DNA of 64,000 nt from a virus (Duplodnaviria; Caudoviricetes): the IMG/VR virus record IMGVR_UViG_3300031993_000006, positions 160,001 through 224,000 of that record; one strand, written 5' to 3'. Below the pieces are notes generated by a model, which saw nothing but the letters and a program-made list of their open reading frames with translations, was not told the DNA's origin and did no database searches. Every line of letters starts with the position of its first letter. The stretch's first letter is position 1. Below are positions 1 through 10,946 of the stretch, one piece after another. A program made the translations under genes and the position numbers.

Positions 1-2609
1 ACTTCATTCGCGAAAGCGATAGTGGTAATGATTGCAGCCAGTCGCTCTATCAGGTCGAAATATCGCCGGATAGTCCCCCGGTTCTTTTTGCGGTCATCAA
101 TGTTGATGAACAGTATATCTCTGAGGATACTACTAAATCATACTCTACCGATTTTGCGCTTAAGCTTCTCGATGGGCAAGGTGACCGTATCTGCAAGAAT
201 CCGGAAGTCTACTACAACTTGGCTGAAAACGAGGCTCTTACTTGGTACCAGAACCAGTTGCTTGCTACGGCTGGCCTTTCGGAAGCTATCGTTGGCCTCG
301 GCGTCAATGTAGCGAACCTGATGAATAGGGAAGGCGGCAACAATAGTCAGTGTCCGTCCGGTAGCTCTTCTCTTGACGGGACTGAGTATGCGTCGAAGAG
401 TCACACGCACGACTATATGCGCAACCTTGTCGATGGTAAGGTGAACTCCGGGGCTGTCCGGGGTATCGATACCTTGCCGGAAGGCGATGGTATGACGGTC
501 GGCGAAGATTCCCTGATATTGGGTAAGAATACGGCCGGTGCTGGAAAGCTTTTGCTTATTCAGGGTGAAGATACTATATTGGATTATTCCTGTGCCGATA
601 GTGCTGCTATTGGGAATACCCGTCTCAGCGGGTCAAATGTTCACCGTTCATTGCTATTGGGTATGAAACCGGCGTCCCGTCAGGATGGTTCCGATGAAAC
701 AATGACGATTGAATGCGAAAATGTTATCGGGAGTACGGTAAGTGGCAATTTCGATGCGGTTAAGAATATAAAGAATTCTCTTGTATACGGTTATGGGATT
801 TCAGAGGTATCGGTTGGCTCCGCTAACGATATCGATGCAAATGATATTATCGCTACCGATACGGCTGAAACACTCGATACGATTGCTATGCTTGACGGTT
901 CCGAAACAGCCCCGGGTACAATGAAGTCGTTGCTTATCGGGGATAATGTCAGGTTTCCGTTTGCTACGAATGGTAGCTTGATAGTTTCTACAGATTCTAA
1001 CTTTGCCAACTTTGACACCTTGATGGATGCTGATGAGTTTAACGACAAGGTTGTTGACGGAACTATATTTGCAAATGGAAGCGGTTGGTATGTTCTTCGT
1101 ACGGTCGATGGTGGCACGAATACCGTAAAGGTATACGACGAGACGGCTCAGGCTTTCATCGATGTTCCTCTGGAAGAGGCCTCTGGACCCGATTGCACTC
1201 ATTACAATGCCGGAGTGTATGTTGATGCTGATACACTCAAGGTTAGCTATACCCCTTATTTTGTTAGAAATGCCGTGATACCTGGCATGTCAATCTATCG
1301 TACATTGACCCAAGGTAAGATGTCGCAGTATAGGGCTAATCCTGGACAGATGGAGCAATCCGTACTGATAGGGGATGATAATCATTTTGCATCTAATATG
1401 TTCCGAAGCATATTGATTGGTAATGAAAATGATTTCTCTCATTTTGATGTGACCGATTGTGTATTCATGGGTGATAGGTTGATTCACCACGAATACGAAA
1501 ACCAGGTTAACACTCTTGGAGTTAACTGGGATAATGCAAATCTTAGCTATGCAAATCATCGGCTTAATAATGTTAAGGTGTGGTCTAAATTGGGAAGTAA
1601 GGTACTTACGGCACTTTCTAAGGTGGATGATGAATTTGGGACTTCTCATTATAGCGATGCCTTTATATTCTTGGATGACGGATATAATACTCCGGAAACT
1701 ATTGGTATTTTCCCGGAGCCGACAAAGTTCAGGTCTTATGTGCCAAATACGGGTAATCCGAATGCTTCGCTTGCTGTGGTTGTTAATAGGTTAGAGAGTT
1801 TCTTCTACATCGACCCGACTCGATTTAATAGTGGCAATGACTCACGATATGAAGCGGTTCTAGGAACACACGATACTACTTCGGGTGATTATAATTCATA
1901 CGACAACAATAAAATCTTTGATTATTGTACGAAGGAACAAGTCGCTGCAATGATAAATAAGCCGGCCGCCCCGATGATTTATACTGGCGGTATATGCTTA
2001 GCCGGTAAACCGAATGGGGATAGGAGTAATTGGGGAACATCGGCGAGCGAAGACAATTCTGGTTTTATTAAGTTGGGTTCTGGCGTAGTCCCTTGTGCAT
2101 ATATTGATGCCCATCCTGTTTCAGACTGGAATGGCACGTCTTCGGATAGCTTTATTCCAATATCGGTTTCCGGCACGACCGTTAGTCCATATGCTGGAAT
2201 GGCTTTATGCATTGGTAATAAGCAAGAACCTGATGGAACCTTGCATCTTTCGTTATATCGCCGGCTTGGTCAGGCGCCGAATGTGTTTTCTACTTATTAT
2301 CAGGCTGATTTGCCTACCCCGTCATTTGGAACTATTTCGAAACCGTCGTATAATAGTCTGTCAATGGTTGATATGATAGATAAAGCGAATATGAGTCCGA
2401 TTTTGAGTTTTAATGTTCGCCCAACTAGTAATGATAAAGAACATTTTGCTCATCTAGTATTGGATAGTACGAGTGGGTCGGTGCGAATATTGTCATTTAA
2501 GGTGGAGCTGACTTCGGAAGACACCGAGGTTCCGTCAAATCGTATTGATGTCACAATAGATGGTTCTTCAATGAGTGCTGCGTTCAATACGTCGAACCAA
2601 TTTAAGTGA
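1..2609 (+). CDS. 5'-truncated large virion/tail-fibre-like protein
   Basis: The frame of ORF 219..2609 is open from position 3, so the gene starts before the window. It is G/S/T/N/D-rich with beta-helix-like repeats (SLLIGDN, SVLIGDDN, SILIGNEN) and lies in a block of fibre-like genes. Confidence 0.6.
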   Translation, partial: FIRESDSGNDCSQSLYQVEISPDSPPVLFAVINVDEQYISEDTTKSYSTDFALKLLDGQGDRICKNPEVYYNLAENEALTWYQNQLLATAGLSEAIVGLGVNVANLMNREGGNNSQCPSGSSSLDGTEYASKSHTHDYMRNLVDGKVNSGAVRGIDTLPEGDGMTVGEDSLILGKNTAGAGKLLLIQGEDTILDYSCADSAAIGNTRLSGSNVHRSLLLGMKPASRQDGSDETMTIECENVIGSTVSGNFDAVKNIKNSLVYGYGISEVSVGSANDIDANDIIATDTAETLDTIAMLDGSETAPGTMKSLLIGDNVRFPFATNGSLIVSTDSNFANFDTLMDADEFNDKVVDGTIFANGSGWYVLRTVDGGTNTVKVYDETAQAFIDVPLEEASGPDCTHYNAGVYVDADTLKVSYTPYFVRNAVIPGMSIYRTLTQGKMSQYRANPGQMEQSVLIGDDNHFASNMFRSILIGNENDFSHFDVTDCVFMGDRLIHHEYENQVNTLGVNWDNANLSYANHRLNNVKVWSKLGSKVLTALSKVDDEFGTSHYSDAFIFLDDGYNTPETIGIFPEPTKFRSYVPNTGNPNASLAVVVNRLESFFYIDPTRFNSGNDSRYEAVLGTHDTTSGDYNSYDNNKIFDYCTKEQVAAMINKPAAPMIYTGGICLAGKPNGDRSNWGTSASEDNSGFIKLGSGVVPCAYIDAHPVSDWNGTSSDSFIPISVSGTTVSPYAGMALCIGNKQEPDGTLHLSLYRRLGQAPNVFSTYYQADLPTPSFGTISKPSYNSLSMVDMIDKANMSPILSFNVRPTSNDKEHFAHLVLDSTSGSVRILSFKVELTSEDTEVPSNRIDVTIDGSSMSAAFNTSNQFK

Positions 2610-3879
2610 ACTACGCACAGCCTAAAGGCTGCGCGCTTCGCGTTAGCCCCGTAGGGGCGCCCGCGCCTTGGACCGCCGTTCCGGCGGCGAGAATTCTTTT
2701 ACCTTCGGCAAGGATGTTGATAGCGGCGTTGAAGTCCCTATTGTGGGAAGTGCCGCATTGCGGGCACTTCCACTCCCGAACATTCAAATCTTTAACAACT
2801 TCGTTCCTGAAGCCGCAGCAGTGGCAGATTTGCGAGGAAGGGAACCATCGTCCGACACGGACGATGGTCCTCCCATACCATTCAGCCTTGTACTTCAGCA
2901 TATTCAGGAACATTCCCCAACCAGTGTCGTGCTCTGACTTGGCAAGGTCGCCTTCGGCGACCTGCCTTACATCCAGGTCCTCGACTGCAATCGTTTGATT
3001 CTCGCGAATGAGTCGAAATGATAGCTTGTGGAGAAAATCCTTGCGTTGGCTAGCAATGTGCTCGTGGAGGCAGGCGATGCGCTTGCGCAGCGCCTCTCGA
3101 CGAGCAGACTTGCTCTTTTTCTTTGAAAAAAGCTTTCTGGAGGACCGCTAGGCGGTCCTCGGCAAGTTTCATATAGCGCGGGTTGGCGACGGCTTCGCCG
3201 TCGCTCGTCACGCAGAAGTCCTTTATTCCAATGTCGATGCCTACGGCATAATCGGATTTTGGAAGCGCCTTCGGCGCTTCCTCCTCGACCAATATCGAGG
3301 CATAGTATTTTCCGGCCCGTGACCGTGTAACGGTCACATGCCGGATAACCTTGTTGGTCCAGACAACCTCGGCATAGTTCTTGAACGGGACAAAGCCTAC
3401 CTTCGGTAGGCGGAGTCTCCCGTCAACTATGCGGATGTTATCGTTGACTACATAGCTTGTGTAGGAGTCGCGGTCGCGATGTTTGGCCTTGAACTTCGGA
3501 AAGCCGACTCTATCGGCTTTCCGCTCAAAGAAATTTTTGAACGCTAGGTTCAGGTGCAACTTTTCCGAACAAAGCGCCTGCGCGTCGACTTCCCGCAGGA
3601 ACGGGAAGTCATCATAAAAATCGGTTGGCTTGGACTTACCGGCCTTGCCGGTAAGTTCGTAATACTTCTTGCGGGCCTCAAGCATGCAGTTGTATACCTT
3701 ACGGCAGCAACCGAAAGTCTTGCCGAGCAAGACTTTCTGCTTCTCATTCGGATATAACCTCACATTGTAAGCTCGCTGAAACATATCTTTTGCTATACGT
3801 GTACTATGTCAAATATAGTTTATAATGAGCCGCCTGTCATATTCCACCCTAAAGGGTGGAATGTTTCCCGGCGGTATTT
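2606..3879 (-). mobile_element. IS200/IS605-family element, tnpB only (IS1341-type)
   Basis: Right-end hairpin GCGCAGCC-TTTA-GGCTGTGC followed by GTAGTTCAC (minus strand, ending at 2606). Left-end hairpin ATTCCACCCT-AA-AGGGTGGAAT at 3841-3862. Putative target motif TTTAG at 3880-3884 (minus). No tnpA. Confidence 0.8.
2611..3784 (-). pseudogene. tnpB: TnpB RNA-guided endonuclease split by a 1-nt frameshift (real or assembly error)
   Basis: ORFs 3050..3784 and 2611..2913 join if one A is removed from the A6 run at 3126-3131 (reads ...[21 protein letters not shown]...TIAVEDL...). HTH start RAYNVRLYP; RuvC motifs GIDIG, VEDL, RDFNAA; Zn finger CHCC/CPQC. Confidence 0.88.
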
Positions 3880-3901
3880 CTAAATATGGTAAAAATATGT
3901 G

Positions 3902-3935
3902 AAAACAACCGTTAAATGGCGGTTGTTTTTCTTTT
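3902..3935 (+). terminator. Intrinsic terminator (probably bidirectional)
   Basis: AAAACAACCGTT-AAAT-GGCGGTTGTTTT followed by a T-run. Confidence 0.7.
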
Positions 3936-4002
3936 TGCTCGTATTTTTCTCGCAAATGTCATAGTTTCCTCGTAGTAGAAGTCTACAAAAAGGAAATTTC
4001 AT

Positions 4003-4557
4003 ATGAAAATGACTGTTACTGAAGGCTATTTGGTCACGCTTGCCGCCATCTTGGCTAATCCGCCAGCAATCTTCGATGGTGACTGCAAGGGTTCTGTCGC
4101 AATGAACATCTACCTTGACCGGGAGTTGGCTAATCAGCACCGCGACGCTTTCCGTCAGGCTTACCCGGATGTTCCTGAGTACTATGACTACATCAAGGAA
4201 CGCAACCCCATATATGAGGCCGTCCATGTTGAGACGGTTGACCAGCTCAACAAACTTCCGGAAGAACAGCGCGCTGAAGTTATCAAAAAGGTAGCCGACC
4301 TCGATGCAAAGTACAAGGATGCTATCGAAAAGCAGCAGAAGGTTGAACGCGACCGCCGTGAAGCTCTCGCGGGTGAAGTTACGGTTGAACTCCATCAGGT
4401 TGACGCAACTGACATCAGCATCAAGACCGGCAGTATCAAGATTCCGGGCAGCGCAGCTAACCCGTGGGAAATCTGGCAGATTCTTTATGCCGATGGCAAT
4501 GGTATTATCCGTATGCCGCCTGCTACTACGGGGGCGGAGGAAAAGAAGGAGGGCTAA
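4003..4557 (+). CDS. Hypothetical protein, 184 aa
   Basis: ORF with AAGGA RBS; helical, charged. Confidence 0.75.
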   Translation: MKMTVTEGYLVTLAAILANPPAIFDGDCKGSVAMNIYLDRELANQHRDAFRQAYPDVPEYYDYIKERNPIYEAVHVETVDQLNKLPEEQRAEVIKKVADLDAKYKDAIEKQQKVERDRREALAGEVTVELHQVDATDISIKTGSIKIPGSAANPWEIWQILYADGNGIIRMPPATTGAEEKKEG

Positions 4558-4560
4558 TCT

Positions 4561-5703
4561 ATGGCTACTCTGGGCGCATGCCTTGTTGTTAAGAATGGCA
4601 AGAATAGCATACTCCGCTGTCTAGATGCGCTCATCCCTATGGTGGATGAGTATGTCGTTATTGACACGGGGTCGTACGACGGTACGATGGAATTGCTTGC
4701 CGACTGGCAGAAGAAGCATCCCAAGGCCAGGGTTCTTCTTGAAAAGGTCGGAAACCGGTTCCATGATGAGAAGGGCATTTTTGATTTTGGCGCGGCCAAG
4801 GGCTATGCGTTCACCCGGGCGACTACCGAGTATGTCATGTGGGTCGATGTAAACGATATCCTGCTTGACGGGGCTCACGCAAGGAAGCTCTTCGACAGTA
4901 TCGTTTCGAAATACCCGAACGCTGGAATCAGTATGCTTACGAAGGTTACTCCGACGCATACATTCCCTCGCCTAAGGATTCTCCCTAAGGCTAATGCGGC
5001 GTTCAAGGGTATCATCCACGAGATTGCCTACAATACCGACAGTACTGCACCGACTATCCACACTTCGCTTGTGTTCGAGAACTACAAGATGAGCCGTGAT
5101 GTCGTCAGGAATGTCGCCGCCTTGGAAAAGGCGTGGAAGGCCGAGCGTACACAGCGTACGGCGTTCTATATGGGCAATTCCTACTACGATATGAAGGATT
5201 TGCCCCGCGCATACGAATGGTATGTCGTGACGGCCGATACTTTCCCGGGCGAGCATAACGAGGACCGTCTCAAGGCGCTGGAACAGATTTGTGCTATCAT
5301 CGTGGCTACGAAGACTGACCTGGCTGAACTTGGGGAACGCTCCTTGCAGCTTATCGAGGAATTTCCGACCCGCGGCGAAGGGTACTACTATCGTGCCCGG
5401 TTTAACTTCGAGATGGGCGATATGACATATGCTCTCAAGTGTCTTGATAGGCTGATGACATTGCGTCCTCCGAAGCAGCACAACCTGTGGCTGGACCCGA
5501 AGGTCTATGACAAGGAACAGCTCCGGTCGCTAATCTTCTCAATCAAGGAGCAAATGCGGAGGGATATGTCGTCTCATTTGATGACGGCCGACCCTATGCA
5601 GCCCGACAATATCGATGCGGCTTACGGCTACAGCAGGATGGACGGGATGCCTGCAAACCTGAATTTCGGGACTACGGTCACTGGATTCCAGGAATTCATC
5701 TAA
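4561..5703 (+). CDS. Family 2 glycosyltransferase with C-terminal TPR-like repeats
   Basis: GT-A motifs CLVVKNG, VIDTGSYDGT, FDFGAAK, VMWVDVND, FKGIIHE. TPR-like helices follow (FYMGNSYYD, GYYYRARF). Confidence 0.85.
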   Translation: MATLGACLVVKNGKNSILRCLDALIPMVDEYVVIDTGSYDGTMELLADWQKKHPKARVLLEKVGNRFHDEKGIFDFGAAKGYAFTRATTEYVMWVDVNDILLDGAHARKLFDSIVSKYPNAGISMLTKVTPTHTFPRLRILPKANAAFKGIIHEIAYNTDSTAPTIHTSLVFENYKMSRDVVRNVAALEKAWKAERTQRTAFYMGNSYYDMKDLPRAYEWYVVTADTFPGEHNEDRLKALEQICAIIVATKTDLAELGERSLQLIEEFPTRGEGYYYRARFNFEMGDMTYALKCLDRLMTLRPPKQHNLWLDPKVYDKEQLRSLIFSIKEQMRRDMSSHLMTADPMQPDNIDAAYGYSRMDGMPANLNFGTTVTGFQEFI

Positions 5704-5705
5704 CC

Positions 5706-5732
5706 AAGGCGGCCCCTGGCCGCCTTTCTGTT
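5706..5732 (+). terminator. Intrinsic terminator
   Basis: AAGGCGGCC-CCT-GGCCGCCTT followed by TCTGTT. Confidence 0.65.
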
Positions 5733-5744
5733 CACCCATAATAG

Positions 5745-5759
5745 ATAAACTACGGAAAA
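5745..5759 (+). promoter_or_regulatory. Putative late promoter motif ATAAACTAYGGAAAA
   Basis: The same motif recurs at 10993 and 24361, with the core at 57317 and on the minus strand at 19935-19941. It is always intergenic, upstream of virion-like genes. Confidence 0.65.
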
Positions 5760-5778
5760 CTGATTAGGATTTTGCCGC

Positions 5779-8700
5779 ATGAACGATATGCATAACTTAC
5801 TTCTCAAAGTGGATTCATTGACCTACAACGCAATGCAGGTGCTCAATGCGCTTATCCGCTCCGCGGTCGCCTCGGGCTCATCCAGTGGATACAAGGTGAC
5901 CAAGTACGGTAACGAACTTGTGCTTACCCGTTCGGACATCTATAAGCTGAATAACTTCTACGAGCTGTGGGAAGCCGCGGGGTTCCCGTCTGACGAGACG
6001 ACATTCAACCGGATGCTTACCGAGGCAGATGCCCGCTGGCGGAAGGCTGGCGAGGACACTACGCTGGCTACCGATGCAGTGGTCAAGCATTCGCAGATTC
6101 TGTTCATGACGGAACGGGACTCCAATAAGGTCGGTGACGGCGATACTTCTTACTGGACCGACAAGGTTCGCACTTCTGGTACGCCGAAGGCTACCGTCGG
6201 CACTGCGCCGATTCCAATCAATCTTCGGACACCTCTTTATGATGAGAACTTGTCCACCAAGTCGTTCAGTCAGTATGAAACCTATTTGTTCCCGATGGGC
6301 TACCGCAGGGCGGAAATCCTCGGTACTCCGGGTAATGGCGATGACTATCTTGCCGGTGGCGCCAACTGGACTATCGACGCGAGTGAAATCCTGTTGTTGA
6401 AAGGCAACCATATTACGCTGGGCAACATAACAAATCCGCAGAATCGCATCGATAACTACAGGGATAGCGTGAATACTATCAGCTGGGGAGTCGAGAGCTA
6501 TGCGCTTAGGGACAATTCCCTTGCATTCGGGGTAAACTCGGCTGCCGTTGCCGAGAATGCGATTGTGTTCGGAGAACACTGCATTGGTTACGGCAAGGGT
6601 TCGTTCATTGGTGGCGGTTGCAATGCCATTACGCTTGGTACATATTCGTTTGCAGCTAATCAAGATACCCGTGCTGTGGGCTTTGATTCCTTTGCAGCAA
6701 ACCACTCGACACACGCCGGAACTTGGGCATATCCCTTTAGATTCCCGGCATCGAGTACATTGACTCCGACAAACTGTACTGCCGTTGTTACCGAAGACGC
6801 CTGCTATGTTACTGATGGTACCGCGGCGACCACGGTAACCAACTATAACATAATTCGGATTAACCAGTCGGATGTCGAATATTCGGCCATCGTCGAAAAT
6901 GGTGGGGCGGTGCTGGATATCAAGGTGGGTGACCGTATTGCGATTTACGATACCGTTTATCAGAAGGGAAATCTTCAGATAAGTCCGGTTGAACTTGATG
7001 GCTACGCTCGTGATATGTTTGATACCCGGGTGACCTCGATTACGGTAAATAGGGAAAACAACCGTATCGTTTCGTATGACATTACATTGGCTGACTCGAT
7101 ACCGGTGGATAATATCAAGTATAGCCCTATTATGGGCGGTTATGTTACCGTACTGCAGAGGCAGATACCTATCTACAATTCGAAAAATCGGGTAATCGAT
7201 ACCGATAGTATGTTCGTGGGAAGCCGCTCGGCATCATTTGGTGAATCGACTATTGCTCGTGGCGAATGCCAGGCTGTGTTTGGTGTAATGAATGTGCCTA
7301 ACGATTATGCCCGGATGATAGTCGGTATCGGTAGCTACATTGCCGATGAAAATAGCAGCCGCTATCGTGCAAATGGTCTTTTAATCAGTGACTTTTATAG
7401 CTACATGAAACTTCCGACTGGTTCAAGCGTAGTCGGTGTGTCTTGTGGAACATATTCGGCAAATGACGCTGAACGGACTGAACTTCATGAAGGTGCTTTC
7501 CTGAGTAGTTCTTATGTTGGATTTGGCGAAAGCCATGTTATTACGACTGGCCGTATCGCTACACTCAACGTAACTGACGATGACAAGAAAACGGTTGGGC
7601 GGGTTATTATTGCAAATGACCCGGTGTTGATTGAAACATCTCAGTTTGTTACTGCCGAGATGAGCGCTTATCGGGGATGCGCGGTTATTTCAAGTGGTTC
7701 TTACGTTTCGGGTGATGCCACTGCGGGTGTGTTGGTTAATACATTGATTACGGACTCTCCGGTAATCGGCGGTCCGGATGAACACGGTATCGCTATCTAT
7801 GCACAGGATGGCATTGATATCCGTAATACGGCTAATTCGAACGAGCGCGGTATTAACATCGAAACCTGCAGCTACTTGACCTTGAACTTTAAGGGACTTA
7901 CCCTGCACGGGAATACCTACGGGAGCTTGACGGCAAGCAATAATGCACGGTCGTTTATTCTTAAGGGTCGCCCGGGTGACGCCAACGGAAAGACTGGGCA
8001 GCAGAATGACATTCTTTACGCCCATACGGTTGGCCGTAGCGGTTTCTATGGTGGATTGATAGGTAGTGATTTCAATGTGTATGGTTCTAGCGGCTGGTCA
8101 GGACTTGCGGCTCATATCATCAGCAGTGCATTCTATGATGATACGATTAAGAAGATACAGGTTGCTTCTATTAGCATTCCGTCTAAGCCGTCTTCCCCAG
8201 TAGGTGTAGCCCGTCCTGTTGTAACGGTTGGTACTATTACACATCCTGGTAATGATAATCAGGTCGGGGATGTCTACACTAAGGAACTCGCTTATCTCGA
8301 TGATGCTAACGGGTGGTGTATGTCTCCAATGGCTGGGTTTGGATACATGCTTGTTAATCAGAATACTCTTCCGTATGATACGATGGTGCCACCGTCCACT
8401 AGTTATAGGAATATTTATCCGGTATCTTTACATAAAACTTCGGATAATACCTGGCATACCGAAATTAATGACGAAATGTTGTATGCTGAAGTAACTCCTA
8501 TAAATCCAGCAATTAATACGATGTTTACCGAATTGTATCGCACTCATGCATTTAGCTATAAAATAAAGTATGGTGATACAACGTTGTATGAATTTATTAT
8601 GAATTATTCATTGTCCGGAAATCATCTTGATTTAACGCTACATGCTGAAGTTGGAGTCGGTATGGGCGGGACTATTGCTGCATTGACAGGTTATGATTGG

Positions 8701-9120
8701 ATGCGAGTTCCGGCTCTTATAGGATGTGCAATTCGTGGTATTGACAATATGCCGGGTGCAATTTCGTGGAAGTATTCTATGGAGCCCCCAACAATTTTAT
8801 CTCCACAGCAACGAATTTTGAATACTGTCATGAGTGGCTCTAGTTATTATCCGAATTCGGTTGCTCCGACGTATAGATTTACTGCTAATGCATTGGAGAA
8901 TGGCATTATCGTTATGAATATTTCGCCGGTTTCGTCTACTTGGAGTGGCGGATTTTACGCTCAGTTCAGCGGTGCCGTTCCATTTGAAGCGGATAATCGT
9001 TGCCGTCACGGAAAGGTTAACGATGCTTGGCGGATTGCTATGTATGAGGCGTATAACGGTAAGGTCGTGATGCCGTACAGTAGTCTAAAATCATTCCTGA
9101 AATTTGAGAATTTGACCTAA
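5779..9120 (+). CDS. Tail fibre/adhesin-like protein with YadA-head-like repeats, 1113 aa
   Basis: About 14-aa repeats (NSLAFGVNSAAVAENAIVFGEHCIGYGKGSFIGGG, YSFAAN, DSFAAN, RSASFGES). Beta-rich; the C-terminal part is visibly more AT-rich. Confidence 0.7.
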   Translation: MNDMHNLLLKVDSLTYNAMQVLNALIRSAVASGSSSGYKVTKYGNELVLTRSDIYKLNNFYELWEAAGFPSDETTFNRMLTEADARWRKAGEDTTLATDAVVKHSQILFMTERDSNKVGDGDTSYWTDKVRTSGTPKATVGTAPIPINLRTPLYDENLSTKSFSQYETYLFPMGYRRAEILGTPGNGDDYLAGGANWTIDASEILLLKGNHITLGNITNPQNRIDNYRDSVNTISWGVESYALRDNSLAFGVNSAAVAENAIVFGEHCIGYGKGSFIGGGCNAITLGTYSFAANQDTRAVGFDSFAANHSTHAGTWAYPFRFPASSTLTPTNCTAVVTEDACYVTDGTAATTVTNYNIIRINQSDVEYSAIVENGGAVLDIKVGDRIAIYDTVYQKGNLQISPVELDGYARDMFDTRVTSITVNRENNRIVSYDITLADSIPVDNIKYSPIMGGYVTVLQRQIPIYNSKNRVIDTDSMFVGSRSASFGESTIARGECQAVFGVMNVPNDYARMIVGIGSYIADENSSRYRANGLLISDFYSYMKLPTGSSVVGVSCGTYSANDAERTELHEGAFLSSSYVGFGESHVITTGRIATLNVTDDDKKTVGRVIIANDPVLIETSQFVTAEMSAYRGCAVISSGSYVSGDATAGVLVNTLITDSPVIGGPDEHGIAIYAQDGIDIRNTANSNERGINIETCSYLTLNFKGLTLHGNTYGSLTASNNARSFILKGRPGDANGKTGQQNDILYAHTVGRSGFYGGLIGSDFNVYGSSGWSGLAAHIISSAFYDDTIKKIQVASISIPSKPSSPVGVARPVVTVGTITHPGNDNQVGDVYTKELAYLDDANGWCMSPMAGFGYMLVNQNTLPYDTMVPPSTSYRNIYPVSLHKTSDNTWHTEINDEMLYAEVTPINPAINTMFTELYRTHAFSYKIKYGDTTLYEFIMNYSLSGNHLDLTLHAEVGVGMGGTIAALTGYDWMRVPALIGCAIRGIDNMPGAISWKYSMEPPTILSPQQRILNTVMSGSSYYPNSVAPTYRFTANALENGIIVMNISPVSSTWSGGFYAQFSGAVPFEADNRCRHGKVNDAWRIAMYEAYNGKVVMPYSSLKSFLKFENLT

Positions 9121-9138
9121 GTTAGATGAGGTTTGTAC

Positions 9139-10923
9139 ATGGCTGCATCAGAATCATTTTCCCATAAAGTAAACATCAGGGACATCAGTCCGTTGTCTCA
9201 CATTACGGCAGACCTCACAAAGGCTCTTCATAACTACGAGGCTATACTGAATGGGATTGTTACATGGAACTCCACGGATAATCCAAATGTCACCGTAAGG
9301 TTGCTGACTGATTCCGAACCGTTCTTCGTTGATTATACATTCCCTTCCCGGAAGGCTTATGCGGGGGACAGTTCGGTTATCGGAACTTCGGATATTACGG
9401 CCGGCCATTTTGGGTATGGCACTCGCCTTACCTTACCGGCTACCCGTACGGACTTGACGAAACTCCGCATAACGCTCAATGCGTCTACACGGGTGAAATG
9501 GCGGCTCTATGAGGATGCCTACATTTACCAGGAAGATTCTGATATTGCGACTTCTGCCTATGAAATCGGCACCTTGATTGCCGTCAAGGATGGCGACGCT
9601 TCGGTTATCTACATGACTCGTGTCGCGGTCAGTGAGGGCGATAGCATATCGGCGGCTTCAATTCGCGCGGTCGATATATGGAAATCTTCTATGAAGCCGG
9701 TGTATCAGGAAACTCCGGGGTTGGTTACTTATGTCCGTAATGTAACCGGTACTTTGACAGGCGCGTATGTCCTCATTGACCCGTCTATGACTTATGGGCC
9801 GACTGCGCCCAGCAATGGCTGGCACCAGATTGCCTACAATATCAATGCCTATGACAAGGACCGGACGATTTCTACTGGACAGCTTTGCCTGTTCAGTAAG
9901 CGGAGTGACCATTCTGATGCTGCGTTGTATGCCTATATAGGTGAGTCGTTTGTAAAGAAGGCTAGTGAACCAGTTGACCCGTTCATCGACGGGGAACTCG
10001 ATACGGCAAACTGGGTAGGCCCCGTGATGGTAGTTCCGGTAAAGACATTCGATGATACCAATGTGGTTTCGCATACGCCGAAGACCGACATCAAGGGATA
10101 TGTTCTCGAGGCTTTAAGTAACGAGCCGAGCCAGGTTTCTATCTTGGGCAATGTGGTTGTTCGTGAGGGTACTTCCGAGCCGCATAAGGGTCTTGGTGTG
10201 TTCAATACTTGTAACTACATTTCCTGGCCTCAGTCCGAAATGCAGTTATGGCATGACAACAAGGTATATACCGATACTGATGAGCACACGGCAAAGATGA
10301 TATTCCATCACGCCGATGATGATGTCAAGATGGTGAATATCATCAACTATGACGGCCCTGATTTGGACCGTGGCTTGGCTATCTATCTTCCGGCAGAAGA
10401 TTTGGTTACCGGGGAGAACGGTGAACCTGCCTATGTCGAGGCTCAGGATGGTGCGACATTTGAATTTATGTTCCGTATCTGGCCGAATACCAAGTTGAAT
10501 GGTGCGGAAACTGCTGACCTGATAATAAACAAGGCGCAAATCTATGTGTACACTGTTCCTACTTCGGATAGTGAGGAAGGCGCTTCAATCCTTGTGAAGC
10601 TCAGTATGGCTCGTCTGACCAACTTCTACCTGTGGGCTGAGAATGTGGCCGTGCCGAACCGCCCGGTATTCTACAAGGCGAAATTCATTTATTCTAGGGA
10701 TGCTAAGGCATGGAAGACCGTGGACTATTACCAGATTCCTGACCACATCTTCCTCTCACCGAAGGGATTTGTTGACCCATCTGTGCGCGGCGAGGATGGG
10801 GTGTATGGCAATAGCGACCCGTTCTCCGGTGTTGAGACTGCCGGGTTCCCTCTTATGCAGGACCCGTTCGGTGGCATGGACTTGAGTCCAATCAAGCTGA
10901 ACAGGATAGAAACCGAGAGCTAG
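9139..10923 (+). CDS. Putative virion structural protein, about 594 aa
   Basis: Long beta-rich ORF in the fibre operon; GAGG RBS upstream of the ATG at 9139. Confidence 0.6.
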   Translation: MAASESFSHKVNIRDISPLSHITADLTKALHNYEAILNGIVTWNSTDNPNVTVRLLTDSEPFFVDYTFPSRKAYAGDSSVIGTSDITAGHFGYGTRLTLPATRTDLTKLRITLNASTRVKWRLYEDAYIYQEDSDIATSAYEIGTLIAVKDGDASVIYMTRVAVSEGDSISAASIRAVDIWKSSMKPVYQETPGLVTYVRNVTGTLTGAYVLIDPSMTYGPTAPSNGWHQIAYNINAYDKDRTISTGQLCLFSKRSDHSDAALYAYIGESFVKKASEPVDPFIDGELDTANWVGPVMVVPVKTFDDTNVVSHTPKTDIKGYVLEALSNEPSQVSILGNVVVREGTSEPHKGLGVFNTCNYISWPQSEMQLWHDNKVYTDTDEHTAKMIFHHADDDVKMVNIINYDGPDLDRGLAIYLPAEDLVTGENGEPAYVEAQDGATFEFMFRIWPNTKLNGAETADLIINKAQIYVYTVPTSDSEEGASILVKLSMARLTNFYLWAENVAVPNRPVFYKAKFIYSRDAKAWKTVDYYQIPDHIFLSPKGFVDPSVRGEDGVYGNSDPFSGVETAGFPLMQDPFGGMDLSPIKLNRIETES

Positions 10924-10946
10924 TCGCCTTGGTAAAGGATAGTTTA

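Noticed and set aside
3120-3135. Programmed frameshift in tnpB
   Set aside because: It would need a +1 shift, no stimulator is evident, and other indels in the window favour error or decay.
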